64,000 nucleotides of DNA from Gemmatimonadaceae bacterium (GTDB lineage Bacteria; Gemmatimonadota; Gemmatimonadetes; Gemmatimonadales; Gemmatimonadaceae), in NCBI GenBank assembly GCA_045803545.1, contig JBJMOW010000002.1:416001-480000 (forward strand). Direction: 5' to 3'. Under the pieces are notes generated by a model. That model made no database searches, had not been told where the DNA came from, and saw only the letters and a program-made list of their open reading frames with translations. A program made the position numbers and the translations under genes. Position 1 is the stretch's first letter. Each line of letters starts with the position of its first letter. This document shows, in pieces, positions 48,170 through 58,492 of this stretch.

Positions 48170-49995
48170 TGGCCAAAGGGATCGCCGGAATGCCGGCGTC
48201 GCCGGGAATCGTGGACGGCCAGGTGCACCTGCTGCGCTGGGAAGTTCCCGATGTCCGGCATCGCATCATCAGCGACGAGGCGATCCCTGGTGAGCTAAAG
48301 CGCTTTCACGCTGCGCTGGAAAAGGCTCGCGAGAGATTGCGGCAGATCCGCGCACGGGCCGAGAAGCATGCCGGTCCAGACGAGGCGGCGATTTTCGACG
48401 TCCAGATCTCCATCCTCGAGGACGGCGAGCTCGTTCGGCAGGTCGAGGAGCTCATTCATCAGAACCTTGGCGCTGAAAAAGCTTTCGACCTGGTGATGTT
48501 CGAATGGCGCCAGCAGTTCGCGCACCACGCGCGCCCGCTGGTGCGCGAAAGAGTCGGGGATTTGATCGACGTCCACATTCGCGTCCTGTCGATACTCCTC
48601 GGGCTGCCGGATCACGATCCGGTCGATTTGCCAAAGGGGTCGAACAAGATTCTCGTTACACACGATCTGACCCCGAGCCTGACGGTGCAGCTCGATCGCG
48701 AGGCGATCGTCGGCATCGCCACCGATGCAGGCACTCGCACGTCTCACGTGGCAATTCTCGCGCGGTCACTTGGTCTGCCGGCGGTGGTTGGATTGCGCAA
48801 TGCGACCGAGCAATTGACAGGCAGTGAGCACGTGATTCTCGACGGCACTTCGGGTGTTCTCGTCGTCAATCCAACGCCCAGTCAGATCAAGAAATACCGT
48901 GAGCGTCGTGCCGTCGAAGCGCTGGAGGACAAAGAGCTGCAGGCGCTGGCCGCAGCCGAGTCGGTCACCCTCGATGGTCACTGGGTGACGCTGCGCGCAA
49001 ATGTCGATTTGCCCGAGGAAGCAGAGTTTGCAGCACACAGCGGCGCCGAGGGAGTCGGACTCATGCGGACCGAATTCCTCGTTGTCGGCAGGGCAACGAT
49101 GCCCGACGAGGAAGAGCAGTACCGCGCCTATCGCCACGTGGTCGAGGCGTTCGGAGGGCGCCCAGTGGTCATTCGAACCTTCGACGTGGGCGGCGACAAG
49201 CTGCCGGTCGGAGGCTATCCGACTGATCCAAATCCATTCCTCGGCTGGCGCGCAATCAGGATGTGCCTCGACGAGCCCGAGCTGTTCAAAACCCAGCTGC
49301 GCGCGTTGCTGCGCGCGGCGATGCACGGCGACGTCAGAATCATGTTCCCGCTCGTGATCACGCTGGATGAGGTAAAGCAGGCGAAGCATCTGCTCAACGA
49401 AGCCGCGCGTGAGCTCGACGCCAGGGGCGTCCAATATCGCCATGACCTGCCGCTCGGCGTGATGGTTGAAACGCCGGCCGCGGCGATTTCCGTGCACACC
49501 CTCGTCGATGATGTTTCCTTCTTCAGCATCGGCACCAACGATCTGGTGCAATACACGCTGGCAGTCGATCGCGGGAGCGCCAACCTCGCCTCGCGCTTCA
49601 CGCCGTTGCACCCTGCAGTGCTGACGCTGATCAAGCGCATCGTCGACGTCGGCGTTGCTCACCGCCTCGAAGTCGCGGTGTGCGGCGAGATGGCTTCCCA
49701 GCCGTTGATGGCCTTCGCGCTGATCGGACTTGGCGTTCGCTCGCTTAGTGTCGCCGGGCGCGCCGTCCCGCTCGTTAAGCGAATCGTCCGCGGCGTCAGC
49801 GTCGGCGTCGCGGCCGAGGCGGCCAGCGCCGCGCTCGAGTCCCGTACCGCTCGCGAGGCGGAGGGCGAGCTCCGTCGCCGGCTAATGAGCGCATTCGGAG
49901 ACGCCTCATTCCTGCGTGCCGGGTTGCCCGACGTCGTCGACGGGAATATCTTCGAAAGCTCCGGTGGAATGAAAACATCCTCGGCGCGGGAATAG
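48169..49995 (+). CDS. ptsI: PEP--protein phosphotransferase (PTS enzyme I)
   Basis: TSHVAILAR (phospho-His), GLMRTEF, NPFLGWRAIR, SIGTNDL, CGEMA. Confidence 0.95.
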   Translation: MAKGIAGMPASPGIVDGQVHLLRWEVPDVRHRIISDEAIPGELKRFHAALEKARERLRQIRARAEKHAGPDEAAIFDVQISILEDGELVRQVEELIHQNLGAEKAFDLVMFEWRQQFAHHARPLVRERVGDLIDVHIRVLSILLGLPDHDPVDLPKGSNKILVTHDLTPSLTVQLDREAIVGIATDAGTRTSHVAILARSLGLPAVVGLRNATEQLTGSEHVILDGTSGVLVVNPTPSQIKKYRERRAVEALEDKELQALAAAESVTLDGHWVTLRANVDLPEEAEFAAHSGAEGVGLMRTEFLVVGRATMPDEEEQYRAYRHVVEAFGGRPVVIRTFDVGGDKLPVGGYPTDPNPFLGWRAIRMCLDEPELFKTQLRALLRAAMHGDVRIMFPLVITLDEVKQAKHLLNEAARELDARGVQYRHDLPLGVMVETPAAAISVHTLVDDVSFFSIGTNDLVQYTLAVDRGSANLASRFTPLHPAVLTLIKRIVDVGVAHRLEVAVCGEMASQPLMAFALIGLGVRSLSVAGRAVPLVKRIVRGVSVGVAAEAASAALESRTAREAEGELRRRLMSAFGDASFLRAGLPDVVDGNIFESSGGMKTSSARE

Positions 49996-50049
49996 TACGG
50001 CCCGACGACCGTTGCCACCGATCATCCTCAGTTCGCTAAAAGGAACTTC

Positions 50050-51216
50050 GTGCTCGATCGACATCTATTCACCTCGGAGTCCGTTACCGAGGGCCATCCG
50101 GACAAGGTCGCTGACGCGATCTCCGATGCCATCCTCGATGCCATCCTCAGAGACGATCCCGCTGCTCGCGTAGCCTGCGAAACGCTTGTCACTACAGGCC
50201 TCGCCTGCGTTGCCGGTGAGATCACTACCAAAACGTACGTCAACGTGCCGGAGATCGTCCGCTCGACGATCCATCGCATCGGCTACAACGATGCCGGTTA
50301 CGGATTCGACTCTAAGACGTGCGCAGTAATCAGCACCATCGACAAGCAGTCGCCCGACATCGCGCAGGGAGTGGACACCGGTGGCGCCGGCGACCAGGGC
50401 ATGATGTTCGGTTACGCGACCGATGAGACGCCCGAGCTGATGCCAATGCCAATTCAGATCGCACATCGCCTCACCGAGCGTCTCGCGGAGTTTCGACGCT
50501 CAAAGGACGGGGGCTGGGTGCGGCCCGATGGGAAGGCACAGGTCACTGTTCTTTACGAAGATGCATTGCCCGTTGGTGTCGAAACGGTCGTTGTCTCGAC
50601 CCAGCACGCTGAAGACATCTCGACCAAGAAGATCCGCGAGGCGGTAATTGCGGAAGTCATCGAGCCGGTGATCCCGAAAGAACTGCGCGACAAGAACGTC
50701 AAATACCACATCAATCCGACGGGGCGCTTCGTAATCGGCGGGCCTCAGGGCGACGCGGGTTTGACTGGCCGCAAGATCATCGTCGACACTTACGGCGGTA
50801 TGGCCCGTCACGGCGGTGGCGCGTTCAGCGGCAAAGATCCATCGAAGGTCGATCGCTCGGCGTGCTACGCTGCGCGGTGGGTGGCGAAGAACATCGTCGG
50901 CGCCAAGCTCGCCCGACGGTGCGAGGTTCAGGTCGCGTACGCTATCGGCGTCGCCGAGCCTGTTTCTGTGAACGTCGACACTTTCGGCACTAATACAGTG
51001 CCGGAGACTGCAATCATGAAGGCGATCAAGAAGGTTTTCAATCTGACGCCTAAGGGGATCATCGAAGCGCTCGATCTCCGCAAACCGATCTACAGCCCGA
51101 CGTCGGCATATGGGCATTTCGGCAGAGAACCGAAGAAGAACGGCAAGGGAACGCTGTTCACCTGGGAACGCCTCGATCGCGTGTCGGACCTCAAGAAAGC
51201 CGTCGAAACACGGTAA
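50050..51216 (+). CDS. metK: S-adenosylmethionine synthetase
   Basis: [28 protein letters not shown]. Confidence 0.98.
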   Translation: MLDRHLFTSESVTEGHPDKVADAISDAILDAILRDDPAARVACETLVTTGLACVAGEITTKTYVNVPEIVRSTIHRIGYNDAGYGFDSKTCAVISTIDKQSPDIAQGVDTGGAGDQGMMFGYATDETPELMPMPIQIAHRLTERLAEFRRSKDGGWVRPDGKAQVTVLYEDALPVGVETVVVSTQHAEDISTKKIREAVIAEVIEPVIPKELRDKNVKYHINPTGRFVIGGPQGDAGLTGRKIIVDTYGGMARHGGGAFSGKDPSKVDRSACYAARWVAKNIVGAKLARRCEVQVAYAIGVAEPVSVNVDTFGTNTVPETAIMKAIKKVFNLTPKGIIEALDLRKPIYSPTSAYGHFGREPKKNGKGTLFTWERLDRVSDLKKAVETR

Positions 51217-51239
51217 CGAGGCGTAGCCGAGAGTGTATT

Positions 51240-51271
51240 AAAGCTGACCGCCGAAACCGCGGTCAGCTTTT
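51240..51271 (+). terminator. Probable intrinsic terminator after metK
   Basis: AAAGCTGACCGC-cgaaacc-GCGGTCAGCTTT-T. Confidence 0.65.
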
Positions 51272-51303
51272 CTACTTTCGGGGCACAACGTTATCTTGTC
51301 TTC

Positions 51304-51819
51304 ATGCAGCTAGTCGAAGTCGAAGTGATGCGGCTCGGCCTTGACCGGTCGACCAACTCCTACGTTGTCATCCTGCAGGAGAAGGGTGGCGCGAGACTGC
51401 TGCCAATCTGGATCGGCCAGCCCGAGGCAGAGTCGATCGTCATCGAGATGAACAAGCTCAAACGAGAGCGACCCCTCACCCACGATCTTTGCAAGAACCT
51501 CATCATCGGCATGGGCGGGAAGCTGCGCCGCGTGAACATCACCAAAGTCGAGAATCGGACTTTCTACGCAGAGCTTCACATCGCGCGTGACTCTGGGGCG
51601 GTTCACATCGACGCCCGCCCGTCTGACAGCATCGCGATTGCTCTCAGATTCGAGGCGCCGATCTTTGCGCAGGAAAGTCTTCTCACTGCGCTCCTCCTCG
51701 AAGACGGCCAGACCACACCCGAAACTCTCGCGGAGCCGTCGGACGAGATGTCAGCGGAGCAGCTGAAGGAATACCTCGAGAACCTGCGTCCGGAAGACTT
51801 TGGGAAGTTCAACATGTAG
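51304..51819 (+). CDS. Bifunctional nuclease family protein (DUF151)
   Basis: LPIWIGQPEA, RPLTHDL, DARPSDSIAIAL. Confidence 0.9.
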   Translation: MQLVEVEVMRLGLDRSTNSYVVILQEKGGARLLPIWIGQPEAESIVIEMNKLKRERPLTHDLCKNLIIGMGGKLRRVNITKVENRTFYAELHIARDSGAVHIDARPSDSIAIALRFEAPIFAQESLLTALLLEDGQTTPETLAEPSDEMSAEQLKEYLENLRPEDFGKFNM

Positions 51820-52762
51820 TCTCGCGGGCCTGCTGTTGTTGTTGCAGGTCGCGCTCCCTTCAGCTCCGCAACAAGTCTCCGGGCGAATCGTTCGTCCCGG
51901 ATCGAAGCACATGGATCCAGTCAGCGGGGCGTGGGTCGTCCTGCACCGGGTCGGTCCCGATCGCGCCGGCCCGCTCGACTCCGTTCAATCAGATGCGCGT
52001 GGACGGTACTCGTTCAACTACACGCGTACCGGCAGCGAGGACGCTGTGTATTTCGTGTCGGCGTTTTACGACGGCATCGCTTACTTCACACCACCATTGA
52101 CCGAAGGCAAAGTCAGCGGCGACGATGGAGAGATCTCCGTGTTCGATACCACGTCAGGTCACGTACCACTGAGTCTTCGCGGGCATCACGTTGTCGTCTC
52201 CGCCGCTGATGCCAATGCGCACCGATCGATCGTCGAAGTCTACGATCTTTCGAATGATTCTTCGGTGACGAGAGTGGCGGCGGGCGACAGTCCAGCAGCT
52301 GCAACGTGGTCAACGCACATCGCTCCCGCGGCGACTGACTTCAAAGTCGGGCAGGGAGACATCTCCGGACAGGCTGTGTCGTTCAAGGACGGAGTTGTTA
52401 GCGTCTTCGCGCCACTCGCCCCCGGTATCAAACAGCTTTCTTTCTCTTACTCACTTCCCGCGAGCTCATTTCCGTTGAAGCTCCCGCTCGAGAAAGAGAC
52501 CGGCGTTTACGAGATAATGATCGAAGACAAAACCGGAGAGGTCAGCGGGCCACACCTACGCGAAGTGGATCCAGTTACTGTCGATGAGCGGAATTACAGA
52601 CGATTCCTAGCCAGCGACATGCCTGAGAACTCTGTTGCAGTGATCGATCTTCCTGCTCCGCCGTCGACCCGCACGGTCGATCCGCGTTATCTGCTGGCAA
52701 TAACTCTTGTCATCGGCGCGTCGATGGTCGTCGCGCTTGCGCAGGCGTTGCGACGTAGATAG
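51800..52762 (+). CDS. Hypothetical exported protein with carboxypeptidase-regulatory-like domain and C-terminal TM anchor
   Basis: Signal-like N-terminus, VSGRIV...SDARGRYSF, C-terminal hydrophobic segment followed by RRR. Confidence 0.6.
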   Translation: MGSSTCSLAGLLLLLQVALPSAPQQVSGRIVRPGSKHMDPVSGAWVVLHRVGPDRAGPLDSVQSDARGRYSFNYTRTGSEDAVYFVSAFYDGIAYFTPPLTEGKVSGDDGEISVFDTTSGHVPLSLRGHHVVVSAADANAHRSIVEVYDLSNDSSVTRVAAGDSPAAATWSTHIAPAATDFKVGQGDISGQAVSFKDGVVSVFAPLAPGIKQLSFSYSLPASSFPLKLPLEKETGVYEIMIEDKTGEVSGPHLREVDPVTVDERNYRRFLASDMPENSVAVIDLPAPPSTRTVDPRYLLAITLVIGASMVVALAQALRRR

Positions 52763-52781
52763 CTTCGCCATCACAATCGAT

Positions 52782-52960
52782 CGCGGACGGAAGCCACGGA
52801 AACCGGTTTGATGCCGGTGCGGCCCCGCCACTGTATCGGGCAGTTGAACGCCTACTCGTTGACACCACTGGCTGATTCGCAGCTGGGAAGGTGAGTGAGG
52901 CGGCCCGGAGCCAGGAGACGACTTTCGTCCGCGCCACGTTGCAGAACCTCGGGGGAGGTC
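52782..52960 (+). ncRNA. Cobalamin riboswitch
   Basis: GGAAACCGGT...ACCGG-type P4, GCCCCGCCACTGTA, CCACTG...GGGAAGG, B12 box GAGCCAGGAGAC; closing stem 52782-52793/52922-52933; directly upstream of a Btu-type operon. Confidence 0.9.
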
Positions 52961-52998
52961 CTGGTGGCGGTCAGGCGTCTTATGGCGCGTGCTCGTTG

Positions 52999-53036
52999 CG
53001 GGCATTCCTCTGGGAGGAGTGTCCGTTTTGTTTTTT
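52999..53036 (+). terminator. Riboswitch expression-platform hairpin (terminator overlapping SD)
   Basis: CGGGCATTCCT-ctggg-AGGAGTGTCCG followed by TTTTGTTTTTT. Confidence 0.65.
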
Positions 53037-53915
53037 CGCGCTCGCTACATCTCGATCCTGATCGCAGTTGCCACGCTCGCGGCTTGCCAGCGCAGTGAAA
53101 CGCGCTCGTCACTGCTTCGCGATGATTTCGGCAACGCGATTCATATCCCTGCTGCCTCTCCATCGCGCATCGTCTCGCTCAATCCAGCGACCACCGAGAC
53201 GTTCTTTGCGCTCGGTGCAGGGAATCGCCTGATCGGCCGAACGCAATTCGATTTGTGGCCTGACTCGGCCCGGTTCGTCCCCGACCTCGGCAACGGCATC
53301 AACCCGAACGTCGAAGCAATTCTCGGTGCGCGTCCTGATCTCGTCGTTCTTTACGCCAGCGAAGACAATCGAGCTGCGGCCACTCGGCTCATTGCGAGTG
53401 GTGTCAATACGGTTTCTCTCAAGAACGACCACATCTCCGACTTCGCGCGAACGACCATGCTGCTCGGCGCGATTCTGCACGACACTGCGCGTGCGGTCAC
53501 TGTGCGTGATTCTGTGGAGCGTACGCTGCGCGGTGTCGAGGCAAAGACCCGCGCTGTCACCAGACCGACGGTTTTCTGGCACATCTGGGACGCGCCGCTG
53601 ATCACTGTTGGGAGCGGCAGTTTCATGGACGAGCTAGTGAACATCGCCGGCGCAACCAACGCCTACCGCGACATCCATGGCCCCTCGGGTGAAATCACGC
53701 TCGAGGATGTCGCGAAAAGAAATCCGGACTTCATTCTCGCCGGGCCGATTGGAGCGCACGCCATCGAGTCGGATCCGCGCTGGAAAATCGTTCGAGCCGC
53801 GCGCAATGGGAAAATCCTGGTCGTGGATACGACGCTCGTCGCGCGGCCTGCCGTGCGGTTGGGAGAGGCAGCTGTGTCGCTCGCCAGACTCATTCATCCG
53901 GACGTGATGAAGTGA
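53028..53915 (+). CDS. btuF: Cobalamin ABC transporter substrate-binding lipoprotein (BtuF-like)
   Basis: Lipobox LAAC; RIVSLNPATTE, PNVEAIL..RPDLV; TTG 53028 follows GGAGGA; riboswitch context. Confidence 0.8.
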   Translation: MFFRARYISILIAVATLAACQRSETRSSLLRDDFGNAIHIPAASPSRIVSLNPATTETFFALGAGNRLIGRTQFDLWPDSARFVPDLGNGINPNVEAILGARPDLVVLYASEDNRAAATRLIASGVNTVSLKNDHISDFARTTMLLGAILHDTARAVTVRDSVERTLRGVEAKTRAVTRPTVFWHIWDAPLITVGSGSFMDELVNIAGATNAYRDIHGPSGEITLEDVAKRNPDFILAGPIGAHAIESDPRWKIVRAARNGKILVVDTTLVARPAVRLGEAAVSLARLIHPDVMK

Positions 53916-54901
53916 GGACTTTCCGCTCCTCGTACTGGGTTGTGCTCGCGATCGTGCTGATCGCGGTGGCGATGATTGCGATCGCCAACGGACCGGTGTC
54001 GGTCCCTATCCTCTCCGTATTGGATGCGCTGCGCAGCCAGGGGGACCCGACGGCGATCGCTATTGTGCGCGACCTTCGGTTACCGCGCGTCATCCTCGGC
54101 GCACTTGTGGGAGCGGGTCTCGGAGCGAGTGGCGCGATGTTGCAGGGCACGCTGCGCAATCCGTTGGCCGAGCCGTACCTGCTTGGTGTCTCCGGCGGGG
54201 CAGCCGTCGGCGCAGTGATGGCATTTGCACTCGGCGCTACGGGCGAAGCCGTGATCACTCTCGCTGCATTTGCGGGAAGCGTCGTCGCTGTCTTTGTCAC
54301 GCTGGCCGTAGGTCGCACGGGAGGACGCGCCACTCGCAGTGATTTGCGCACGCTGTTGATCGCGGGCGTGATCGTCGGCGCGTTCGCGAATGCAGTCATC
54401 ATGGTGGCGCTGGCCAGCGCTGAACCCAATCGAATTCGAGGCGCGTTGTGGTGGATGATGGGGTCTGCTACCGACGCGACGTGGTCGCGCGTCGCGTGGC
54501 TCGCCGCGAGCGTGTTGATCGTCGGCGGTGCAGTCGTGTACTGGGCTCGGGAAATCGACGTGCTCGCGCTTGGCGAAGACACCGCTGTTTCACTTGGCGT
54601 CGACGGCGAGCGCGCCGGACGGCGGGCGTTCATTCTGGCCGCAATTCTCGCTGCTGCAACGGTTGCGGCGGCGGGCCTGGTGGGATTTGTCGGGCTCGTG
54701 GTTCCTCACATTGCGCGAGCGATGGGCTTGAGAGCACACCGGCCGCTGATCGTCGCAGCGGGTTTGATTGGCGGCACGCTCGTGGTCGCCGCTGATCTGG
54801 CGGCGCGGACCCTTGCGTCGCCGATTGAATTGCCTCTCGGCGCAATAACAGCGCTTCTCGGCGTTCCGTTCTTCCTCGTCCAGCTACGAAGGGCTGCATG
54901 A
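53912..54901 (+). CDS. btuC: Cobalamin ABC transporter permease (FecCD/BtuC family)
   Basis: LRLPRV, RNPLAEPYLLGVSGGA, GFVGLVVPHIAR. Confidence 0.82.
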   Translation: MRTFRSSYWVVLAIVLIAVAMIAIANGPVSVPILSVLDALRSQGDPTAIAIVRDLRLPRVILGALVGAGLGASGAMLQGTLRNPLAEPYLLGVSGGAAVGAVMAFALGATGEAVITLAAFAGSVVAVFVTLAVGRTGGRATRSDLRTLLIAGVIVGAFANAVIMVALASAEPNRIRGALWWMMGSATDATWSRVAWLAASVLIVGGAVVYWAREIDVLALGEDTAVSLGVDGERAGRRAFILAAILAAATVAAAGLVGFVGLVVPHIARAMGLRAHRPLIVAAGLIGGTLVVAADLAARTLASPIELPLGAITALLGVPFFLVQLRRAA

Positions 54902-55686
54902 TAGCGGTCGAGGATCTGGTGGTGGCGTATCCGAACGCTCGAGCGAACGCGGTCGACGGCGTCAGCTTCCAGGGTCCGGACGGACAGATAACAGCACTTG
55001 CCGGCCCCAACGGGTCAGGAAAGAGCACCATCGTCCGCGCACTGCTCGGCCGAGTCGATGTCAAAAACGGACATGCGAGCATTGACGGTAACAACGCGCG
55101 AGCGCTGACGCCAAATGCGCTCGCGCTGAAGATGGCAGTCGTTCCACAGCGTGAAGAAACGACGTTTCCGATGCGCGTGCGCGACTACGTCGCACTCGGC
55201 CGTTACCCACACCTCGGGCTCTGGCGGTCACCTGACTCGGCGGATAACGAAGCCGTCGATGATGCCCTCGATCAGTCGGGTGTTTCCGATCTCGCCGACA
55301 GAACTACGGATGCGCTCTCTGGCGGAGAGTGGCAACGCGTCAGGATCGCTCGAGCGCTCGCTCAGCGAGCGCCCGCGCTTGTGCTGGATGAGCCAACGAC
55401 ATTTCTCGATGTCGCGCACGAGATGGCCATTTTCGAGCTGCTGTCATCGCAGGCGCGGGCCGGCCTCACCGTCCTGCTGGTCAGTCACCAGCTCAATCTT
55501 CTCGCGCGCTTTGCCGACACAATCGTACTGCTCGATCACGGAAAGGTCGCCGTCAGCGGGCGTCCGAACGACGTGATGAAAGCTGACCGGCTTGAATCGA
55601 TCTACGGCTGGCCGGTTGTGATTACCCGTGACCCGGCGATTGGCGCGCCGGCGCTAGTTCCACTTCGCCGCCCCTTACGGACATGA
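54898..55686 (+). CDS. btuD: Cobalamin ABC transporter ATP-binding protein
   Basis: GPNGSGKS, LSGGEWQR, LDEPT. Confidence 0.82.
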   Translation: MIAVEDLVVAYPNARANAVDGVSFQGPDGQITALAGPNGSGKSTIVRALLGRVDVKNGHASIDGNNARALTPNALALKMAVVPQREETTFPMRVRDYVALGRYPHLGLWRSPDSADNEAVDDALDQSGVSDLADRTTDALSGGEWQRVRIARALAQRAPALVLDEPTTFLDVAHEMAIFELLSSQARAGLTVLLVSHQLNLLARFADTIVLLDHGKVAVSGRPNDVMKADRLESIYGWPVVITRDPAIGAPALVPLRRPLRT

Positions 55687-55708
55687 ACAGTTCATCAGAG
55701 AGAGACAA

Positions 55709-57664
55709 ATGATGAAGGCCACAATCGCGTTACTCGGGACTGCGCTCTCAGTAGCCACCCGCAACCTTCGCGCGCAGAGCCCCGATACCACCACCCTCGA
55801 GCCTGTGATCGTCTCGGCGTCGACCCAACCGCGGAAAGCCGACGCCCTGTCCCAGGCGGTGACGGTTTTGTCAGGTGATGATCTCCGTGCGCGCGGAGTT
55901 ACCCGGGTCACCGACGCTTTGCGCGAGGTGCCTGGCGCCCAACTCGTGCAGAGCGGCTCGTTCGGCTCGCTTACATCGTTATTCCTCCGTGGCGGAGAAA
56001 GCAGGTACACCAAAGTTCTCATCGATGGTGTACCGGTGAATTCCGCAGGTGGTGCGTTTGACTTCGGTCATCTCACCACGGACAACATCGACCGCATCGA
56101 GATCGTGCGCGGGCCGGCAAGCGTTCTATATGGCGCGGACGCCGTCACGGGCGTCGTCCAGATCTTCACGCGGCGCGGAACCACCAGTCCGTCCGCATCG
56201 CTGTCCGCACGCGGTGGGACATATGGAACCGTCGACGTCGACGGTAACACGGCGGGGTCCATCGGAGTGGCGAGCTACTCGCTGGGCGCCGGCCACCATT
56301 CGAGTGATGGCATTCTGCAGTTCAATAACGAGTATCGGAATGGGACGTTGAGCAGCTCTGTTGGCATCGGTAACGGCGAACTTGGAGAAGCGCGCGTGTC
56401 GGCGCGCTACACGACGGCGGAGTTTCACTACCCCACCGATTTCACCGGGCAGCCGGTCGACACGAACTCGTATCGCGTTCAACACCGCCTGACGATCGGT
56501 TTGGACGCGAACCGCAATCTTGGCGCGCGCGCGCAGGCGCGACTGCTCGCCGGTACTAACGACGTCTACGACCTCAGCGAAGACATCTCCGTCCCATTTG
56601 GCTCGCCTGCGCCTGAGCACTCCGCTTTCCGGTCGCGAGGCTACCGTCGAAACGTCGAGGGGCGTCTCGCGTTTTTCCTTCCCAGGAACAACGCGTTGAC
56701 GATCGGCGCGGTGCTGGAGCAGGAACATGAGAACAGCGCAACCGGTTCCGGAGCAGTTGGATCACCGACGACGCAGACAGATGCCTTCGATGCCAGCCGT
56801 CACAACGTCGCGTACTACACGGAGCTGCTGGGAAATCCGGTCGATCGATTGTCCTTCACAGTGAGCGGGCGAGTCGACGACAACTCCGACTATGCGCGTT
56901 ACCCGACATACCGGTTGGGAGGTAACCTGGGAATCATTAGCGGTCTGCGTCTAAGAGCCTCGCTCAGTAGCGCCTTCAATGCGCCCGCGTTCAACGAGCT
57001 GCGTCCAACGCTGTACACTATCGGCAGCCCCGATCTCCGGCCGGAGAAAATTCGTTCAGCTGAACTCGGTGTCGTCGGATCGCTCCTTGGAGATGCCGTG
57101 CGCCTCACCGCCAGCTATTTCACTCAGCGCTTCGCTGACTTGATCCAGTACATCAACGGCGGGCCACCAGATTTCAAGGGAAGCTATGCGAATCTCAATG
57201 CCGCGGTGTCGAACGGATACGAAGCGGAGGTCCAGGCGTTGCTGGGCGCCGGCTGGCGTGGGAATGCCAGCTTCACAGTCGTGAATCCGCGGGTAGAGGC
57301 GGTGGACGTGGGCTATCAGGGTGGGGACCGCGCCGGCGACGCGCTTCTGCGGCGTCCCAGCCATTCAGGAACGTTGGGGCTGTCGTATTTCGATAAGCGC
57401 GGATTCAACGCAAGTACCACCGCGGTATATGTGGGACAGCGACCAGATCTCGACTTCTCGCAGTTCCCGTCGCCGAGAGTCTCCCTGCCGGCATACACAC
57501 GAGTCGACATTTCGGGAGAGCTCCCGCTACTGAAACAGGTTACAAGGCTGACGCTCACAGCGCGCGTCGAGAATCTCTTTGACCGACGCTACGAGGAGGT
57601 TCTGCACTTTGCAGCGCCAGGGCGAACGATTCTGATCGGCGGCAGAGCAGCGGCGATATTCTGA
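55709..57664 (+). CDS. btuB: TonB-dependent cobalamin receptor (BtuB-like)
   Basis: TonB box EPVIVSA, plug LRGG...VLIDG...IDRIEIVRGPASVLYG, C-terminal ENLFD..Y...PGR. Confidence 0.82.
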   Translation: MMKATIALLGTALSVATRNLRAQSPDTTTLEPVIVSASTQPRKADALSQAVTVLSGDDLRARGVTRVTDALREVPGAQLVQSGSFGSLTSLFLRGGESRYTKVLIDGVPVNSAGGAFDFGHLTTDNIDRIEIVRGPASVLYGADAVTGVVQIFTRRGTTSPSASLSARGGTYGTVDVDGNTAGSIGVASYSLGAGHHSSDGILQFNNEYRNGTLSSSVGIGNGELGEARVSARYTTAEFHYPTDFTGQPVDTNSYRVQHRLTIGLDANRNLGARAQARLLAGTNDVYDLSEDISVPFGSPAPEHSAFRSRGYRRNVEGRLAFFLPRNNALTIGAVLEQEHENSATGSGAVGSPTTQTDAFDASRHNVAYYTELLGNPVDRLSFTVSGRVDDNSDYARYPTYRLGGNLGIISGLRLRASLSSAFNAPAFNELRPTLYTIGSPDLRPEKIRSAELGVVGSLLGDAVRLTASYFTQRFADLIQYINGGPPDFKGSYANLNAAVSNGYEAEVQALLGAGWRGNASFTVVNPRVEAVDVGYQGGDRAGDALLRRPSHSGTLGLSYFDKRGFNASTTAVYVGQRPDLDFSQFPSPRVSLPAYTRVDISGELPLLKQVTRLTLTARVENLFDRRYEEVLHFAAPGRTILIGGRAAAIF

Positions 57665-57700
57665 CGTGCGAGCGGTTTGTCCCACGTTTACATTCTTTGA

Positions 57701-58492
57701 ATGTCGCTGCTGGTTACCGACGCGATCGTCCTTCACGCGTTCGATTATCTCGAAAGCTCACGTATCATCCGGCTACTGACGCGCGACGCCGGTGTGCAGT
57801 CCGTGCTCGCCCGCGGCGCGCGTAAATCCCGGGGTCGTTACGGCTCGGCGCTGGATCTATTCGCAGAAGGCGCCGCCCAGCTGTACATCAAGCCGAATCG
57901 CGAGCTGCATAACCTGTCGTCGTTCGAGGTATCGCGCGCGCGCAGCGAGCTCGCGTTCGACATCGGTCGTTTCACGGCCGCATCAGCGATCGCTGAGCTG
58001 GCGCTCCGCTTTGGTGGGGAGGAAGCAAACCCTCTACTGTTTGAGACCGTAGCAGACACTCTCGACACGCTCACCAACGCCACGCCTGGAGCCACCGTCG
58101 AGGACGGCCTGGCGGGCTGCTGGCGAATCATCTCGGTGCTGGGATTCACACCAGAGTTGTCGAGCTGCGCGCTCTGTCACGCGCCGTTACGGGACGTAGA
58201 TGATGCGACATTTTCGCACACGGCGGGCGGGATCGTATGTCCTTCGTGCAGCAGGCTCGCACCAATCGGGCGGCGCATTCCATCGAGTGCGCGAAATACG
58301 ATCCGCAGCTGGCTCGAAGAGGAGATGCCGATGCATGACGGAGTTCGTGCAGATGCACCGCCTCCGCTCGGCGAGAACGAAGGTCGGTCGCATCAGCGCT
58401 TGCTTCGCGAGTTCATCGGCGCACACGTCGGTGACGATCGACCGTTGCGGGCATTCGCGGTGTGGGAGCACGAGCGCTGGAGCGCCGCGTGA
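57701..58492 (+). CDS. recO: DNA repair protein RecO
   Basis: AIVLH..DYLESSRI..LLT...G...ARGAR; zinc finger CALC...CPSC. Confidence 0.92.
   Translation: MSLLVTDAIVLHAFDYLESSRIIRLLTRDAGVQSVLARGARKSRGRYGSALDLFAEGAAQLYIKPNRELHNLSSFEVSRARSELAFDIGRFTAASAIAELALRFGGEEANPLLFETVADTLDTLTNATPGATVEDGLAGCWRIISVLGFTPELSSCALCHAPLRDVDDATFSHTAGGIVCPSCSRLAPIGRRIPSSARNTIRSWLEEEMPMHDGVRADAPPPLGENEGRSHQRLLREFIGAHVGDDRPLRAFAVWEHERWSAA

Noticed and set aside
44591..49995. HprK plus a complete mannose-family PTS in a diderm as a novel system
   Set aside because: All components are intact members of known families in a standard order; the substrate cannot be inferred from sequence.
49996..50049. SAM riboswitch before metK, and FMN riboswitch before ribD
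   Set aside because: The intergenic gaps are too short and carry no conserved aptamer motifs.
50125..50148. 12-bp tandem duplication GATGCCATCCTC in metK
   Set aside because: Encodes the normal conserved DAILDAIL segment of MetK.
52895..53098. 67-aa leader ORF upstream of btuF
   Set aside because: Overlaps the riboswitch aptamer and expression platform; no coding evidence.
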